Part shown: positions 8,910-18,294 of the stretch, piece after piece | Layout: each line of letters opens with the position of its first letter | Numbering within the stretch: position 1 is the stretch's first letter | IMG/VR virus record: IMGVR_UViG_3300050821_010639 | Span: 88,047-152,046 of that record | Source of the DNA: a virus | Reading direction: 5' to 3' (one strand) | Length of the DNA stretch: 64,000 bases | Program-made: the position numbers and the translations under genes | The notes under the pieces: model-generated | Databases searched by the model: none | Seen by the model: the letters and a program-made list of their open reading frames with translations, nothing else | What the model was told of the DNA's origin: nothing

Positions 8910-9908
8910 CTAGAAGGGCGGTATGTCGCTCTCGGGGCCCGGGGACGACTCAGGCACGGTACCCGCCGTACGCCGCTTGGGGCGGAGCTGGTGGATGTCA
9001 GGGCCGCGCTCGGGGCAGCCGCACGCGCGGTCCTTGCACTCCGGGCAGTCGCCAACCCAGCACGAGAGGCACGTGGGCTTCTGCCCGCCGCGCCCCGGGC
9101 CCGCCGACGGCTTCGGCGCGGCGGGCGCGCGCTGCGCACGGGCCTTGGCCTTCTGGTAGCCGGACTTAGGGCGGCGGCCGAGCGGGGACGGCCGCCCGGC
9201 GAGCTGGCGGCCATCCCCGCCGAACCGCTTGCGCGAGACAGGCCAGAACAGCGCGCAGCCGTGGCCGGTGAACTCGTCTTCGAGAATGTGCAGCGCCATG
9301 CCTGCCGCCACCAGCCACCACAGGTCGGGGCGGGCGTAGACGACGGCCAGGGCGGCGATGCCGCACCCGGTGAGCGCCCGGCGCAGGCTCCCGTGATGGC
9401 GGTTCCGGCCGTGCCCGCCGTGAGTGAGGAAGCCAGTCGCCTTCAGCCCGGCCACCACGCAGACCGCGATGAACAGGGCGAGGCCGCCCAGCGCCCAGCG
9501 GTTCGGCCACCAGTCGGCGCAGCTGGCCGTGACCAGGGCCATGAGCCCGATGCCGAACAGGGAGTGGAACCCCTGCCGGTGCCCGCCGAACAGCACCGCG
9601 ACCAGGTGACTGGCACCGTGGCTCAGCGCGCCCGCCGAGTAGGCGAACGTCGCCTTGGGGTGGTCCGCGTCGGGCAGCAGGGCGAAGCCGGCGACCAGGG
9701 CGCCGTACAGCAGGTCGTGGCCGATGTTCCCGGCGACGGCGATGCCGTGCGCGTGCGGGGTGCTGGTCAGCAGGCCGAGGCCGGCCCCCAGCAGCAGCCC
9801 CGTAGCTGCGTGGGTGGTGCCCTCCATGTCGCCCTCGTGCTCCCCAGAGCGGTCTTTCGCCCTGACTGTGTAAGCGGTCCGGTAGCCCGGTGCTGTCGCG
9901 GTTGCCAT
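8910..9908 (-). CDS. Membrane-bound metal-dependent hydrolase (YdjM-like) with a C-terminal Cys cluster
   Basis: GTTHAATG, LLPDADHP, GHRQGFHSL, HILED motifs with TM helices. Confidence 0.85.
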   Translation of the reverse strand: MATATAPGYRTAYTVRAKDRSGEHEGDMEGTTHAATGLLLGAGLGLLTSTPHAHGIAVAGNIGHDLLYGALVAGFALLPDADHPKATFAYSAGALSHGASHLVAVLFGGHRQGFHSLFGIGLMALVTASCADWWPNRWALGGLALFIAVCVVAGLKATGFLTHGGHGRNRHHGSLRRALTGCGIAALAVVYARPDLWWLVAAGMALHILEDEFTGHGCALFWPVSRKRFGGDGRQLAGRPSPLGRRPKSGYQKAKARAQRAPAAPKPSAGPGRGGQKPTCLSCWVGDCPECKDRACGCPERGPDIHQLRPKRRTAGTVPESSPGPESDIPPF

Positions 9909-9914
9909 AGCCCA

Positions 9915-9944
9915 AGTCTAACCTATGTCTTGTCTTGAGTAAAG
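9915..9944 (-). promoter_or_regulatory. Leaderless promoter plus degenerate operator
   Basis: TTTACT-N17-TAGACT-N6-ATG; CTTGTCTTGAGTAAAG. Confidence 0.7.
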
Positions 9945-9953
9945 AGAAAATAT

Positions 9954-10154
9954 CTACCGGGGACGGTGGCGCGAGCCGCGCTGCGGGCGCTCGAAGTCCT
10001 GCCAGCGGGCCGCGTAGCCCTCGCGGCGGGCGGGCGCCACCGGGGCAGGCGGCAGCACCACCCGCGCCGGCCCGGCCTGTCCCCGTGCGTAAGCCCGGTA
10101 AGCGGCCCGGCCCGCGGGGCTGAGCCGCCAGCGGACGTAACGAAGGGTCTTCAT
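9954..10154 (-). CDS. Small basic protein
   Basis: GGAGG RBS. Confidence 0.6.
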   Translation of the reverse strand: MKTLRYVRWRLSPAGRAAYRAYARGQAGPARVVLPPAPVAPARREGYAARWQDFERPQRGSRHRPR

Positions 10155-10377
10155 CAGTGCCTCCCCTGTGTCGTGGTGAGTAGTGCAGGTAGAACCTGAA
10201 CAGCAGCCCGGTATGCAGGGCCAGGGCGACGGCCCCGGTCCCGTAGCCGAGCGCGGTCACCCAGTGCCGGCCCGCCAGGCCGAAAACGCAAGTGGCCGCC
10301 AGCGCCGCCGCTGCCATGGAGAGCAGGACGACGCCGGCGGCACGCAGCGCCTGCGCCCGGTCAGCCGGGCTGGGCAC
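10138..10377 (-). CDS. Two-TM membrane protein, apparently ending at an in-frame TTA (formal ORF runs on to 9166)
   Basis: 79 protein-like codons, then TTA just past the next gene's start; the remainder is out-of-frame overlap of two genes. Confidence 0.55.
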
Positions 10378-10516
10378 TGCCCAGCAGCTCGCGCAGGACT
10401 TCGGTGAAGGCGATGGCGCGGAACCTCTCGCGCTCCGCGCGGCAGCCCGCGTCCACGGCCCCGAGCGGGAGCGCCTTGGTGACCAGGGCCTCCGCGCCCT
10501 TGACCGCGGTCGTCAT
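10361..10516 (-). CDS. 51-aa hypothetical protein
   Basis: MTTAVKGAEALV...; fills the gap. Confidence 0.5.
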   Translation of the reverse strand: MTTAVKGAEALVTKALPLGAVDAGCRAERERFRAIAFTEVLRELLGSAQPG

Positions 10517-10540
10517 GTCTTCGCTAGTAGGCGGCACGGT

Positions 10541-10684
10541 TCAGAACCTCCGGCTGATCCGGGTGCCGAACGGCCCCGGGATGGACGCCCACACGGACAG
10601 GCCGTGACGGCGGCGCTTGCGGTAGTGGTGGCCGTGGTACAGCGCGTAAAGCACCACCACGATGACGACGATGGCAGCTGCCAC
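10541..10684 (-). CDS. Small membrane protein
   Basis: AAGGAG RBS; TM helix then basic tail. Confidence 0.6.
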   Translation of the reverse strand: MAAAIVVIVVVLYALYHGHHYRKRRRHGLSVWASIPGPFGTRISRRF

Positions 10685-10686
10685 GC

Positions 10687-10905
10687 CTAGCTCCTTACCC
10701 GGGCGCGGCTGCGCCCGCCGGTAGCCGCCCGGTCGCGCCGCACCCGGGCCAGGGTGGCGAGCCGCAAGGCCCGGTTCCTGGCCTGGCACAGCGCCGGGTC
10801 GGTGTTCCACGCGTCGATGCCGACGCGGTGGGTGGTGTCGTAAATCCAGTCCTGGACGGTGCCCAGCCAGCGCTCCGCGCTCTCGGCGCGGTCAGCCTCG
10901 CTCAT
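10687..10905 (-). CDS. Hypothetical protein
   Basis: ATGA coupling. Confidence 0.6.
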   Translation of the reverse strand: MSEADRAESAERWLGTVQDWIYDTTHRVGIDAWNTDPALCQARNRALRLATLARVRRDRAATGGRSRARVRS

Positions 10906-11414
10906 GACAGGAGCCGCCTTTCGAAGTCGGCCATGTCCGTGTCGTGGATCATGGACTCGTCGCGCGGCAGCGGCTCGCCGTCAGGGCCGAGCCGCCAGTG
11001 GTGCACGGTCACGTCAAGCCGCCGGCCGGCCGGGTCGCGGCCGGCACGCGGCGCCGGGTCCTCCCGGCCGTCCTCGCGGCCCAGCTGGCCGGCGCACTCG
11101 CCGCAAACCGGCCACCGGCCGAGCAGCAGCCGGTCAGCCGGCCGGCCGCAGGCCTCGATGCACGGCTCGCGCGGCTGCTGGGCCGGCCGGGCCGCGCGGT
11201 AACGGACAGCCGGCTGAGCGGCCGGCTCGCGGTAACGGACGGGCCTGGCCAGCCGGCCGCCGGACAGTCGCGCGGCCCCGGCCGCCAGCAGGCACAGGCC
11301 GGCCAGCGACACCAGGGCGAGCACGCCGATGACGACGATCTCGTGCAGCCCGCTGCGGTGCGGGTACAGGACCGCGCCCAGCACCAGGGCGACGGCCAGG
11401 ATGGCCCGCTTCAC
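10902..11414 (-). CDS. Membrane protein with a CxxxC/CxxC motif
   Basis: Two TM helices; CIEAC...CGEC. Confidence 0.65.
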   Translation of the reverse strand: MKRAILAVALVLGAVLYPHRSGLHEIVVIGVLALVSLAGLCLLAAGAARLSGGRLARPVRYREPAAQPAVRYRAARPAQQPREPCIEACGRPADRLLLGRWPVCGECAGQLGREDGREDPAPRAGRDPAGRRLDVTVHHWRLGPDGEPLPRDESMIHDTDMADFERRLLS

Positions 11415-11590
11415 CGCGCGGCCCTCGTCCTGGCGTGCTCGCGCCGGCGTGCCAGCCGCCGGTCCAGGTCGGTGAGCCCGACCTCGATGACGGTGGCCTG
11501 GTGACGCTCCAGCAGCTCAGCCAGGCTGGCGCGGTTGCGCTCCTCCAGCTTCAGGTCGGCCGCGGCAGGCGGCCCCAGCTTCTCCGGCAT
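11411..11590 (-). CDS. 59-aa hypothetical protein
   Basis: GAGGAGGAG RBS after a promoter. Confidence 0.6.
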   Translation of the reverse strand: MPEKLGPPAAADLKLEERNRASLAELLERHQATVIEVGLTDLDRRLARRREHARTRAAR

Positions 11591-11621
11591 TACATCAGCT
11601 CCTCCTCAGTTGCTTAACCCG

Positions 11622-11651
11622 AGTCTAGCCAGTGGCTTGACTGCGGTCAAG
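11622..11651 (-). promoter_or_regulatory. SigmaA-type promoter plus operator
   Basis: TTGACC-N17-TAGACT; CTTGACTGCGGTCAAG at 11636-11651. Confidence 0.8.
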
Positions 11652-11981
11652 AGACCGGGAGAGCCTGCCCGCCGGCTTGTCGAATGAGGCCACCCGCTTG
11701 CGCAGCGTCTCGGTCGTGCCGAGCGTGTTGTGCTCTGGCTGGTAGAAGTCGATCAGGGTCAGCTGCCGGATGCACGCCTGCGGTTCGTGGACTGCCGGGA
11801 TGAGGTACACCTGCCGCGGGTCGTACTGCTCGCGGTAGGTGTAGCTGTGGTCGCGCAGCCTGCTCAGCAGGTGGTCGGAGAGCCCGACGTAGAAAACGTG
11901 GCCGTCGGCGCGGTCGCTCAGCGCGTAGACCCACCACCCGGACAGGTCAGGGAGCATCTTCGCGCCGTAGACCTCAAGCAT
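11625..11981 (-). CDS. GIY-YIG nuclease family protein (start uncertain)
   Basis: WVYALSD...FYVGLS..L.SRLRDH...LI.FYQPEHN; the expected catalytic Glu appears to be Gln. Confidence 0.75.
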   Translation of the reverse strand: MLEVYGAKMLPDLSGWWVYALSDRADGHVFYVGLSDHLLSRLRDHSYTYREQYDPRQVYLIPAVHEPQACIRQLTLIDFYQPEHNTLGTTETLRKRVASFDKPAGRLSRSLDRSQATG

Positions 11982-12238
11982 CGACGGCGCGGGGGCGGGG
12001 GCGGCCAGGGCAGGGGCACGGCGGAACAGCGGCACGGCAAACCTCCGGTTAGGGCACATCTCACTGACCTGGGAGAAGTTAACTTCCCTCACGAGCCGGC
12101 AACCAGCGGCACGGCGGCACGGGGAGTCCGAGCCTCCGTTTAGCACAACTCGCTGACCTGCGCAATCACTGTCAGCGGCCCGGGTGCGATACCGGCAATC
12201 ACCCTGACACGGCGCCGGACGGGCTGACAGGCAGCACA

Positions 12239-12287
12239 GCCGAATATTCTTCGGCGCGGCCGGTGAGGGAACGTAAGAATATTCGGC
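12239..12287. repeat. Perfect 13-bp AT-rich inverted repeat
   Basis: GCCGAATATTCTT-N23-AAGAATATTCGGC. Confidence 0.85.
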
Positions 12288-12328
12288 GGGCGCGGGGGCA
12301 AAACGGGCGGATACCGAAAAATTTCCCG

Positions 12329-12517
12329 CTAGCGGCGGGTTCCGCCGCGTCGCCGCAGGCTGTCGAGGTACACCAGGAACACCGCGCAGGCGATGCAGAC
12401 CACCCCGGCGAGCGCGTAGGCCCCGGTACTGGCGTCCAGCGAGGCTGCCACGACAGCGCCCAGGCCAGCCAGGAGCGCCCACGTGCGCGCGGTTCGGGTC
12501 GTCACGGCGGCAATCAC
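12329..12517 (-). CDS. Small two-TM membrane protein
   Basis: Hydrophobic helices, basic tail. Confidence 0.6.
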   Translation of the reverse strand: MIAAVTTRTARTWALLAGLGAVVAASLDASTGAYALAGVVCIACAVFLVYLDSLRRRGGTRR

Positions 12518-12909
12518 TCCCGGGTGCCCGGCGGCCCGGCAGCGGGCCGCTCAGGGCCAGGATATCCTGCGGGAGATGAGCGGGAACGGCGAAGGAAGTG
12601 CGGCCCGGAGCGCCACGCTGCGGCCCTGGGGCGCTCCTCGCGGGCGCGTGAGGCCCGGCGGGCCCGTTTCGGGCTGCTACGGGGCTCCTGGGGGCCCTGG
12701 CGGGCCTCTCAGGGCCAGCCTGGGGGCTACAGAGCGTGTTCGTCAGCGTCAGGTTCGGTTTTTCCCGTTTGGCCTTCGGCTTTTCCGGAACAGTGGTCCG
12801 GTTAGCGGGCCCGCACGGCTCACGGGCCCCTCGCGCGAAAGCTCCTGACACGCTCACCGGGGCCTCCGCCCAGTCGTCGGCCTCCGGCCGTTTACCACGC
12901 TGTACGCGC

Positions 12910-13335
12910 TCACCGCGTCACCTCGTGCCCGAGGAACACGGCCCGCTCCCCCGCCGGCCTGGACGAGCACGACCGGCCGCCGCCCCCGTCCACGTAGCCG
13001 TCCGGGCGCCAGAACACCGGCGCCCCGCAGTGAGCGCACGCCTCGCTGTCCTCCAGGGCGACGACCGCGCCCGCCGCGGCGTGAGCCTCCTGCACCGGGT
13101 ACGTGGCGATGACCCGCCCCAGCACCTTCCCCGTCGCCTGGCGCACCGCGTCCCGCGTCATCCGGACGGCCATCTCCGCCTGCACGTCCTCCAGCAGGCG
13201 GCCCTCGAACCGGGACCCGGGGCCGCTGCCCTCGGCCTCGTAGTTGCGCTCGATGCGAGCGAGGGCGTCGGCTACCTCCCTGACCAGCGGGTCTGAGGGG
13301 CGGGGCTTGTTCGGGGAGTTCTGCGCCGTACTCAC
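12910..13335 (-). CDS. Hypothetical protein
   Basis: GTGA coupling; CAHC motif. Confidence 0.6.
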   Translation of the reverse strand: MSTAQNSPNKPRPSDPLVREVADALARIERNYEAEGSGPGSRFEGRLLEDVQAEMAVRMTRDAVRQATGKVLGRVIATYPVQEAHAAAGAVVALEDSEACAHCGAPVFWRPDGYVDGGGGRSCSSRPAGERAVFLGHEVTR

Positions 13336-13565
13336 CCCGGCAGCCCCCTCAGCGCTACGCCCTTCGCCTTCAGCTCGTCGAGGATGTCCTGCTCGGTGCG
13401 CCCGTAGTGAACGACGATGACCATCTCCGGCAGCCCGAGCGCCCGCAGGTCTTCCTTCCTGACCCTGACGGGCTCGCCCGCTGCCAGCCGGGTCACGTTC
13501 TCCCCGGACAGGCCCAGGAACAGCAGGTCCGTCCCGAATGCCGTCTTGCCGGCTGCCTTGATCAC
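13332..13565 (-). CDS. Hypothetical protein
   Basis: GGAGGAG RBS; coupled. Confidence 0.7.
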   Translation of the reverse strand: MIKAAGKTAFGTDLLFLGLSGENVTRLAAGEPVRVRKEDLRALGLPEMVIVVHYGRTEQDILDELKAKGVALRGLPG

Positions 13566-13783
13566 GTCTCCTCCTCAGGCCCGACCCGCCACCGGCACTC
13601 CGGGTGACGGCACGTCATCTGGACAAGCCCCTGGTCAGCCAGGGACTGCATCAGGTCGGCCACCCTGGACGGGGTGTTCACGTAGACCTGCACCTCCGGG
13701 TCGGCCTGGATCGCGCGCAGGGTGACGATCCCGTCGACCGCCGCCCTGCGCGCCGCTGCCAGCACGATGTCCGCTACCCGCAC
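13562..13783 (-). CDS. Small winged-helix-like protein
   Basis: SRVADLMQSLADQGLV...RWRV. Confidence 0.55.
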   Translation of the reverse strand: MRVADIVLAAARRAAVDGIVTLRAIQADPEVQVYVNTPSRVADLMQSLADQGLVQMTCRHPECRWRVGPEEET

Positions 13784-15799
13784 TTACCGCTCCTCGCTGT
13801 CCGCTGCCCTGGCCGGGGGCGGGGTGACCCGCCACAGCCTGCGGTTGCCGCCCCCCACCTGACTGGTACGGCCGAACGGGACCATGCCGTCGAGCGCGGT
13901 GTAGATCCAGCCGCGCGAGCGGTTGACCGTGGCCTTGAACTCCTTGCGGGACATGATCTCGTGCGCGCCGACCACCTCGGTGCCCTCGGCGTACATCTTC
14001 AGCAGCAGGCTCCACAGCGCCTCCTCCGCCCGCACCGCCTGGTGGTCCTGCGGGTGGGCGGCCGGGACCGGCTGGCCCCAGGGGCCGGCCACCACCGTGG
14101 AGTCCTTGCGGGGGCGGCCGGGGCCGCGCCGCTGCTCGGCCCCGGGAACCTGGCCGCCGTAGCCGGACACCTCGCTGGCCGGGCGGCCGGGCTCGGCCTC
14201 GAACGCCTCGCCGGTCACGTCGTCCCACGGCCGGGAGGCGGCCGGCCAGTCCGCCATGTACGCGGCGACGGCCTGGCCGGCCGCCGGGGACCGGCCCCAG
14301 TCGAGGAACCGGACCGGCATGGCCGCCTCGCGCTCGGACATCCCCTCGAAGTCGGCCACCGCCGTGCCCTTCTGGCTGTCGCGCCACAGGGTGGGGCGGA
14401 CCCCGGCCTTCATCTGCCGGTCCGACAGCGCCGTCTTGACGTCGTTGGCGTCGTCCAGCCCGAAGGTGATCGGGTGGAAGTTACCGCGGACCTCGGTCGG
14501 GAAGGACTTGTAGCCGCCGCTCTGGTTGGAGACGTTCCAGCTCATGCCGGAGGACCGGCCCGCCCGGACGTTGGTGAACCAGGTCTTCATGTCGAACGGC
14601 TGGCGGGTGCTGCCCCTGGACGCCTCGGCGAGGGCGTCAAGGATCTCGCCCAGCTCCTCCAGCGCGATGTCCAGGTAAGTCAGGCCGCAGCCCAGCGTCC
14701 ACTCGGTCATGTGGTTCTTGCTCAGGTAGTCCAGCCGGGCCACCCGCACCCGCTCCAGCGCGGTGAACAGCCTCAGCGCGCTGGCCGGGTCGATGGCAGC
14801 CGCGTGCAGGCCCGCCCGGACCGGGCCGAGGAACTGCCACAGCTTGGTGACGTCCACCGCGACCATCGCGTAGCCCTCGCGGGTGACGCCCTCGGCCAGC
14901 CGGTTCCACAGCCAGCTCATGGTCTTGCCGCTGCCGGTCATGCCGGCCGCCCGGGTGTGGGAGACGGGCAGCATGCTCAGCAGCCACGGCTCGCCGTCCT
15001 GGCGCACGGCCAGGCGGAACGGGACGGACATGTCCGCGCCGGGCGCGCTCGGGCCGGTCCACGGCCACGGCTGCGCGAGCACGGCCGGGTCCGAGACGGT
15101 GTAGTCGGCGAAGCCGCCGTGCCCGGCGTTCTGGGTCAGGCCCAGCGCGCCGGGCGGGAAGCCCATCGCCCCCTCCAGGTTGGCGGCGCGGGCGGCGGCG
15201 TCGGCCGGGGTGACCTCGCCGCCGTCCAGCGCCACCGTGCCTGACAGGACCCGGCCCCGCCGCCCGCGCGGCTTCGGCGCGGCCGGGACGCCGCGCGGGC
15301 GGCGGGCGGCCGGCAGGACGCGCGCGGTACCCAGGCCGGCCTTCTCCGTGGCCGCGCCGAAGCCCACCGACATGTCGTGGTGCGCGGCGTGGTGCAGCCA
15401 GGCGTCCCAGCCGATCGAGCCGGCGATGCCGCCGAACGCCCACACCAGGACCAGCGGCACCCAGTACCCGGCCAGCAGGAACGCGCCGGCCATCGCGGCG
15501 CCCGCGCCGATGGTGACCGGGCCGATGGACCGGCCGGCCACCGACATCCGGTGACGGCGCAGGTGCCAGTCGAACGCCGCCGTGCCGATGCCGCTCAGCA
15601 GCACCAGCGCGGCGGTCAGCCCGATCCACTCGCCGTGGTCGATGACCTTGCCGAGCGCGATGTAGAGCGCGTTGCCCATGATGGTGACCGCGAGGAAGAT
15701 GGCCCACGGCACGCCCATGCGGACCAGCACGCTCAGCGTCTCGCTGCGGGCGTGCCTGGCCTGCTGCTTCATGGTCGGCGTGGTGTCGTTCGACGGCAT
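13784..15799 (-). CDS. traB: FtsK/SpoIIIE-type conjugative DNA translocase (actinomycete plasmid TraB-like)
   Basis: N-terminal TM helices, Walker A GMTGSGKT, Walker B-like DIALEE, RAGRSSG...NQ motif, C-terminal wHTH (RSRGWIYTAL). Confidence 0.85.
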   Translation of the reverse strand: MPSNDTTPTMKQQARHARSETLSVLVRMGVPWAIFLAVTIMGNALYIALGKVIDHGEWIGLTAALVLLSGIGTAAFDWHLRRHRMSVAGRSIGPVTIGAGAAMAGAFLLAGYWVPLVLVWAFGGIAGSIGWDAWLHHAAHHDMSVGFGAATEKAGLGTARVLPAARRPRGVPAAPKPRGRRGRVLSGTVALDGGEVTPADAAARAANLEGAMGFPPGALGLTQNAGHGGFADYTVSDPAVLAQPWPWTGPSAPGADMSVPFRLAVRQDGEPWLLSMLPVSHTRAAGMTGSGKTMSWLWNRLAEGVTREGYAMVAVDVTKLWQFLGPVRAGLHAAAIDPASALRLFTALERVRVARLDYLSKNHMTEWTLGCGLTYLDIALEELGEILDALAEASRGSTRQPFDMKTWFTNVRAGRSSGMSWNVSNQSGGYKSFPTEVRGNFHPITFGLDDANDVKTALSDRQMKAGVRPTLWRDSQKGTAVADFEGMSEREAAMPVRFLDWGRSPAAGQAVAAYMADWPAASRPWDDVTGEAFEAEPGRPASEVSGYGGQVPGAEQRRGPGRPRKDSTVVAGPWGQPVPAAHPQDHQAVRAEEALWSLLLKMYAEGTEVVGAHEIMSRKEFKATVNRSRGWIYTALDGMVPFGRTSQVGGGNRRLWRVTPPPARAADSEER

Positions 15800-15800
15800 G

Positions 15801-16742
15801 TCAGGCCACCTCCTCCAGGTTCCCGTCCGCCAGCGCCTTCAGCAGCTGGTCGGCCTTGTGCTTGCTGACCTGGTAGGTACGCCAGATCTCGTTGCGGCTC
15901 ATGGACGCAAGGACGCGCCGCAGCTCGTCCCTGCCCTCCGGCAGCGGCAGCCGGTCGTCGCCCACCGCCTTGACCCCGCGCGGCTTGGCAGCCGGGCGCT
16001 GGGACAGGCCCATGGACGGGCCGACCACCGGGATGGCGAACCGGGGCAGCTGCGCTGGCTCAGGAGCAGCCGCGGGGCTCACCAGGCCCCACGGCGCTCC
16101 CTCCGGGCGCGGGCTGAGGGTCAGCGCCCGGGACAGGTCACGGCATGCCGTGACCTCTGGCTCCGGCCCGGGTGCGGCGGGCTCAGGTGCCTGCGGGAGA
16201 AGCTCGGCGGCGATGCGCGCCATCGCCAGCGGGGCAGCGGCCAGGACAGAGGCGACCGACGGCTTAGCGTCGCCCTGGACACGGCGGCGGTACCGCAGCC
16301 ACATCTCGAACAGGAAGGTCGAGCAGGCGAACGCCTGCGCCGGGACCGTGGACCACAGCGCCGCGCCCAGGTTGTGCCCCTGCACCGCGGCCACGATGAC
16401 CTGGTGGCCCTGCATGACCGCGGGGTGGGCGGCCCAGCCGCTCGCCCAGTTGGCGAGCAGCGACTCGACCAGGCCCGGCAGGAAGCCGACCAGGCCCCAC
16501 CACCGGCCCTTGCCCTTGACCTCCATCAGGATGACCGACCCGATGGCGATCTGGCCGTCCACGGTCAGCGGCATCAGGTGCGCGGTCTTCCAGCTCTGGT
16601 TCTCGGTGATGGTCAGCGCGCTGATGTGGGTGTAGGAAATGAAGCCGGTGGAGGCAGCCACGACGGCCAGCGACAGGCCGACGACCAGCGCGGAGGCCCG
16701 CTCGCGCGCCGCCTTAATCACACCGCCGAGGAACTCGAACAT
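15801..16742 (-). CDS. DUF2637/Spd-like plasmid spread membrane protein with C-terminal HTH
   Basis: ISYTHI..L...W..AHLMPLTVDG...SLLAN motif; adjacent to traB. Confidence 0.75.
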   Translation of the reverse strand: MFEFLGGVIKAARERASALVVGLSLAVVAASTGFISYTHISALTITENQSWKTAHLMPLTVDGQIAIGSVILMEVKGKGRWWGLVGFLPGLVESLLANWASGWAAHPAVMQGHQVIVAAVQGHNLGAALWSTVPAQAFACSTFLFEMWLRYRRRVQGDAKPSVASVLAAAPLAMARIAAELLPQAPEPAAPGPEPEVTACRDLSRALTLSPRPEGAPWGLVSPAAAPEPAQLPRFAIPVVGPSMGLSQRPAAKPRGVKAVGDDRLPLPEGRDELRRVLASMSRNEIWRTYQVSKHKADQLLKALADGNLEEVA

Positions 16743-17023
16743 CACGCCACCGCCATTTCGCCAGTCAGGCCGCGCTCGGCGAACCACTGGCGGCCGATGA
16801 CGGCGACGTCCGCGGCCTTGCCGGGCCGGGTGCCGTTGAGCACGTCGTCCAGCCACGACTGGTAGGTCTGCCACAGCCCCGGGGTCATCACGGCGGGCAG
16901 GAAGCCCAGCCGGTACCAGTTCTTCAGCGTGTCCTCGGACACGTTCAGCACCTGCGACGCGCGGTCAAAGCGGACAAGCCGGTCCTTCCGGCTGACCCGC
17001 GTCGCCTGCCCGTTCGTGTCCAC
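16742..17023 (-). CDS. MerR/excisionase-type HTH protein
   Basis: ASQVLNVSEDTLKNWYRLGFLPAVMTPG. Confidence 0.75.
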   Translation of the reverse strand: MDTNGQATRVSRKDRLVRFDRASQVLNVSEDTLKNWYRLGFLPAVMTPGLWQTYQSWLDDVLNGTRPGKAADVAVIGRQWFAERGLTGEMAVA

Positions 17024-17049
17024 TCCCCTGTACTCCTTCAGCCTCTGCC

Positions 17050-17151
17050 GGAATCACCGCGATTCCGCTCACTGTACGGTGAACGGTACAGGTTCGCAAG
17101 ATGTTCCCCTGACCCCGGATTTCGCCGAAGTAAAATCGGGGCGTACGTGAA
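17050..17151. promoter_or_regulatory. Divergent kor/tra control region with inverted repeats
   Basis: GGAATC-N5-GATTCC, CTGTAC-N8-GTACAG, CCCCGGATTT...AAATCGGGG; repeated GTACG(G)TGAAC; TAAAAT -10. Confidence 0.6.
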
Positions 17152-17175
17152 CTATCCGAATAACAGGAGGCTGCG

Positions 17176-17913
17176 GTGCCCCAGGTCCAGCGAAGTGAGC
17201 CGATGTGGCGGCAGGTCGCCAGCCACTACAAGGGAATGATCTTGCGCGGTGAGCTGCGCGAGGGCGACCAGCTCCCGTCGGTCCGCCAGATCCGCGACGA
17301 ATGGGGCGTGTCCCAGGGGGTCGCCCAGCGGGCGGTAGAGCACCTGCACCTGGCCGAGCGCCTGGTGGCCACCGGGCCGTCCGGCACCGTGGTGGCCGCC
17401 CCCCGGGCCGCGTTCGGACCGCAGCAGCGCATGCGGCTGACCGCCGCGCCGGCCTCGGAGGTGGTCACCGTCACCTCGGCGGGCCTGGTGCCGGCGCCGG
17501 CCTACGTGGTACCGCTGCTGGGCCTGGCCGAGGGAGACCCGGTGATCCGGCGCGAGGAGGTCACCCGGCGGGCCGACGGCAGCCCGCACAGGCTGAGCGT
17601 CACCTGGTGCGCCCCGCAGTACAGCCTGCCCGTGCCGGAGCTGACGGCGGAAGAGCCGCTGCCTGACCCGCGGGGAGCCGGCCCGCTCATCGCGCAGCGG
17701 CTGGAGGTCGAGGCCGGCAACCTGCACGGGGGCGTCGCGTTCGAGGCCCGGCTGGCGAAAGACGACGGGCGCGAGCTGCCGGCGCTGGGCCTGGCGGCCG
17801 GCGCGTTCGTGCTGGCCGGGGTGAGCGGCTGGCGGTACGGGGACGACACGCTGGAGTACACCGAGTTCGTCCTGCCGGCCGGGCAGGTGGTGGAGGCCGA
17901 CATCGAGCCGTAG
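17176..17913 (+). CDS. GntR/HutC-family repressor with UTRA domain (KorA/TraR-like)
   Basis: QVASHY..MILRGELREGDQLPSVRQI..EWGVS; divergent from the tra operon. Confidence 0.9.
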   Translation: MPQVQRSEPMWRQVASHYKGMILRGELREGDQLPSVRQIRDEWGVSQGVAQRAVEHLHLAERLVATGPSGTVVAAPRAAFGPQQRMRLTAAPASEVVTVTSAGLVPAPAYVVPLLGLAEGDPVIRREEVTRRADGSPHRLSVTWCAPQYSLPVPELTAEEPLPDPRGAGPLIAQRLEVEAGNLHGGVAFEARLAKDDGRELPALGLAAGAFVLAGVSGWRYGDDTLEYTEFVLPAGQVVEADIEP

Positions 17914-17978
17914 CGTGTAGCCTGCGTGACAAGGAGCTATTGCCACTCGCTTCAGTTGTGCAAGACCTGGAGCAGCGG

Positions 17979-18019
17979 AGAGCCCCGCCCCTCGCGAGGG
18001 GCGGGGCTCTTTTATTTTT
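17979..18019 (+). terminator. Rho-independent terminator
   Basis: AGAGCCCCGCCCCTCGCGAGGGGCGGGGCTCT followed by a T tract. Confidence 0.9.
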
Positions 18020-18124
18020 CCCGGGCCGGGGGTACAACCGTAGCGGGACACGTCACCCTCCAGGGGCCCCGCGTCAAGGCAGAGGCGCGGGGCCTTTGTC
18101 CTGCCCCCGGCCGATGTACCGGGC

Positions 18125-18292
18125 ATGAAGACGAACGCGGAACTCATCGCCGGACTGCAAGCGCTGGACGGGGACCTGCCGGCGCGGGTGCTGGCGGCCG
18201 GGCCGGACGGGAGCGTCAGCTCGTACGACATCACGGGCGTCGCCGCCGGGCCGGCCGACTTCGGGCAGCAGGCCAGCATCAGCATCGGCTTA
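18125..18292 (+). CDS. 55-aa protein, apparently ending at an in-frame TTA (formal ORF to 18487)
   Basis: MKTNAELIAGLQALDGDLP...; TTA at 18290-18292 abuts the convergent gene's end at 18295. Confidence 0.5.
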
Positions 18293-18294
18293 GG

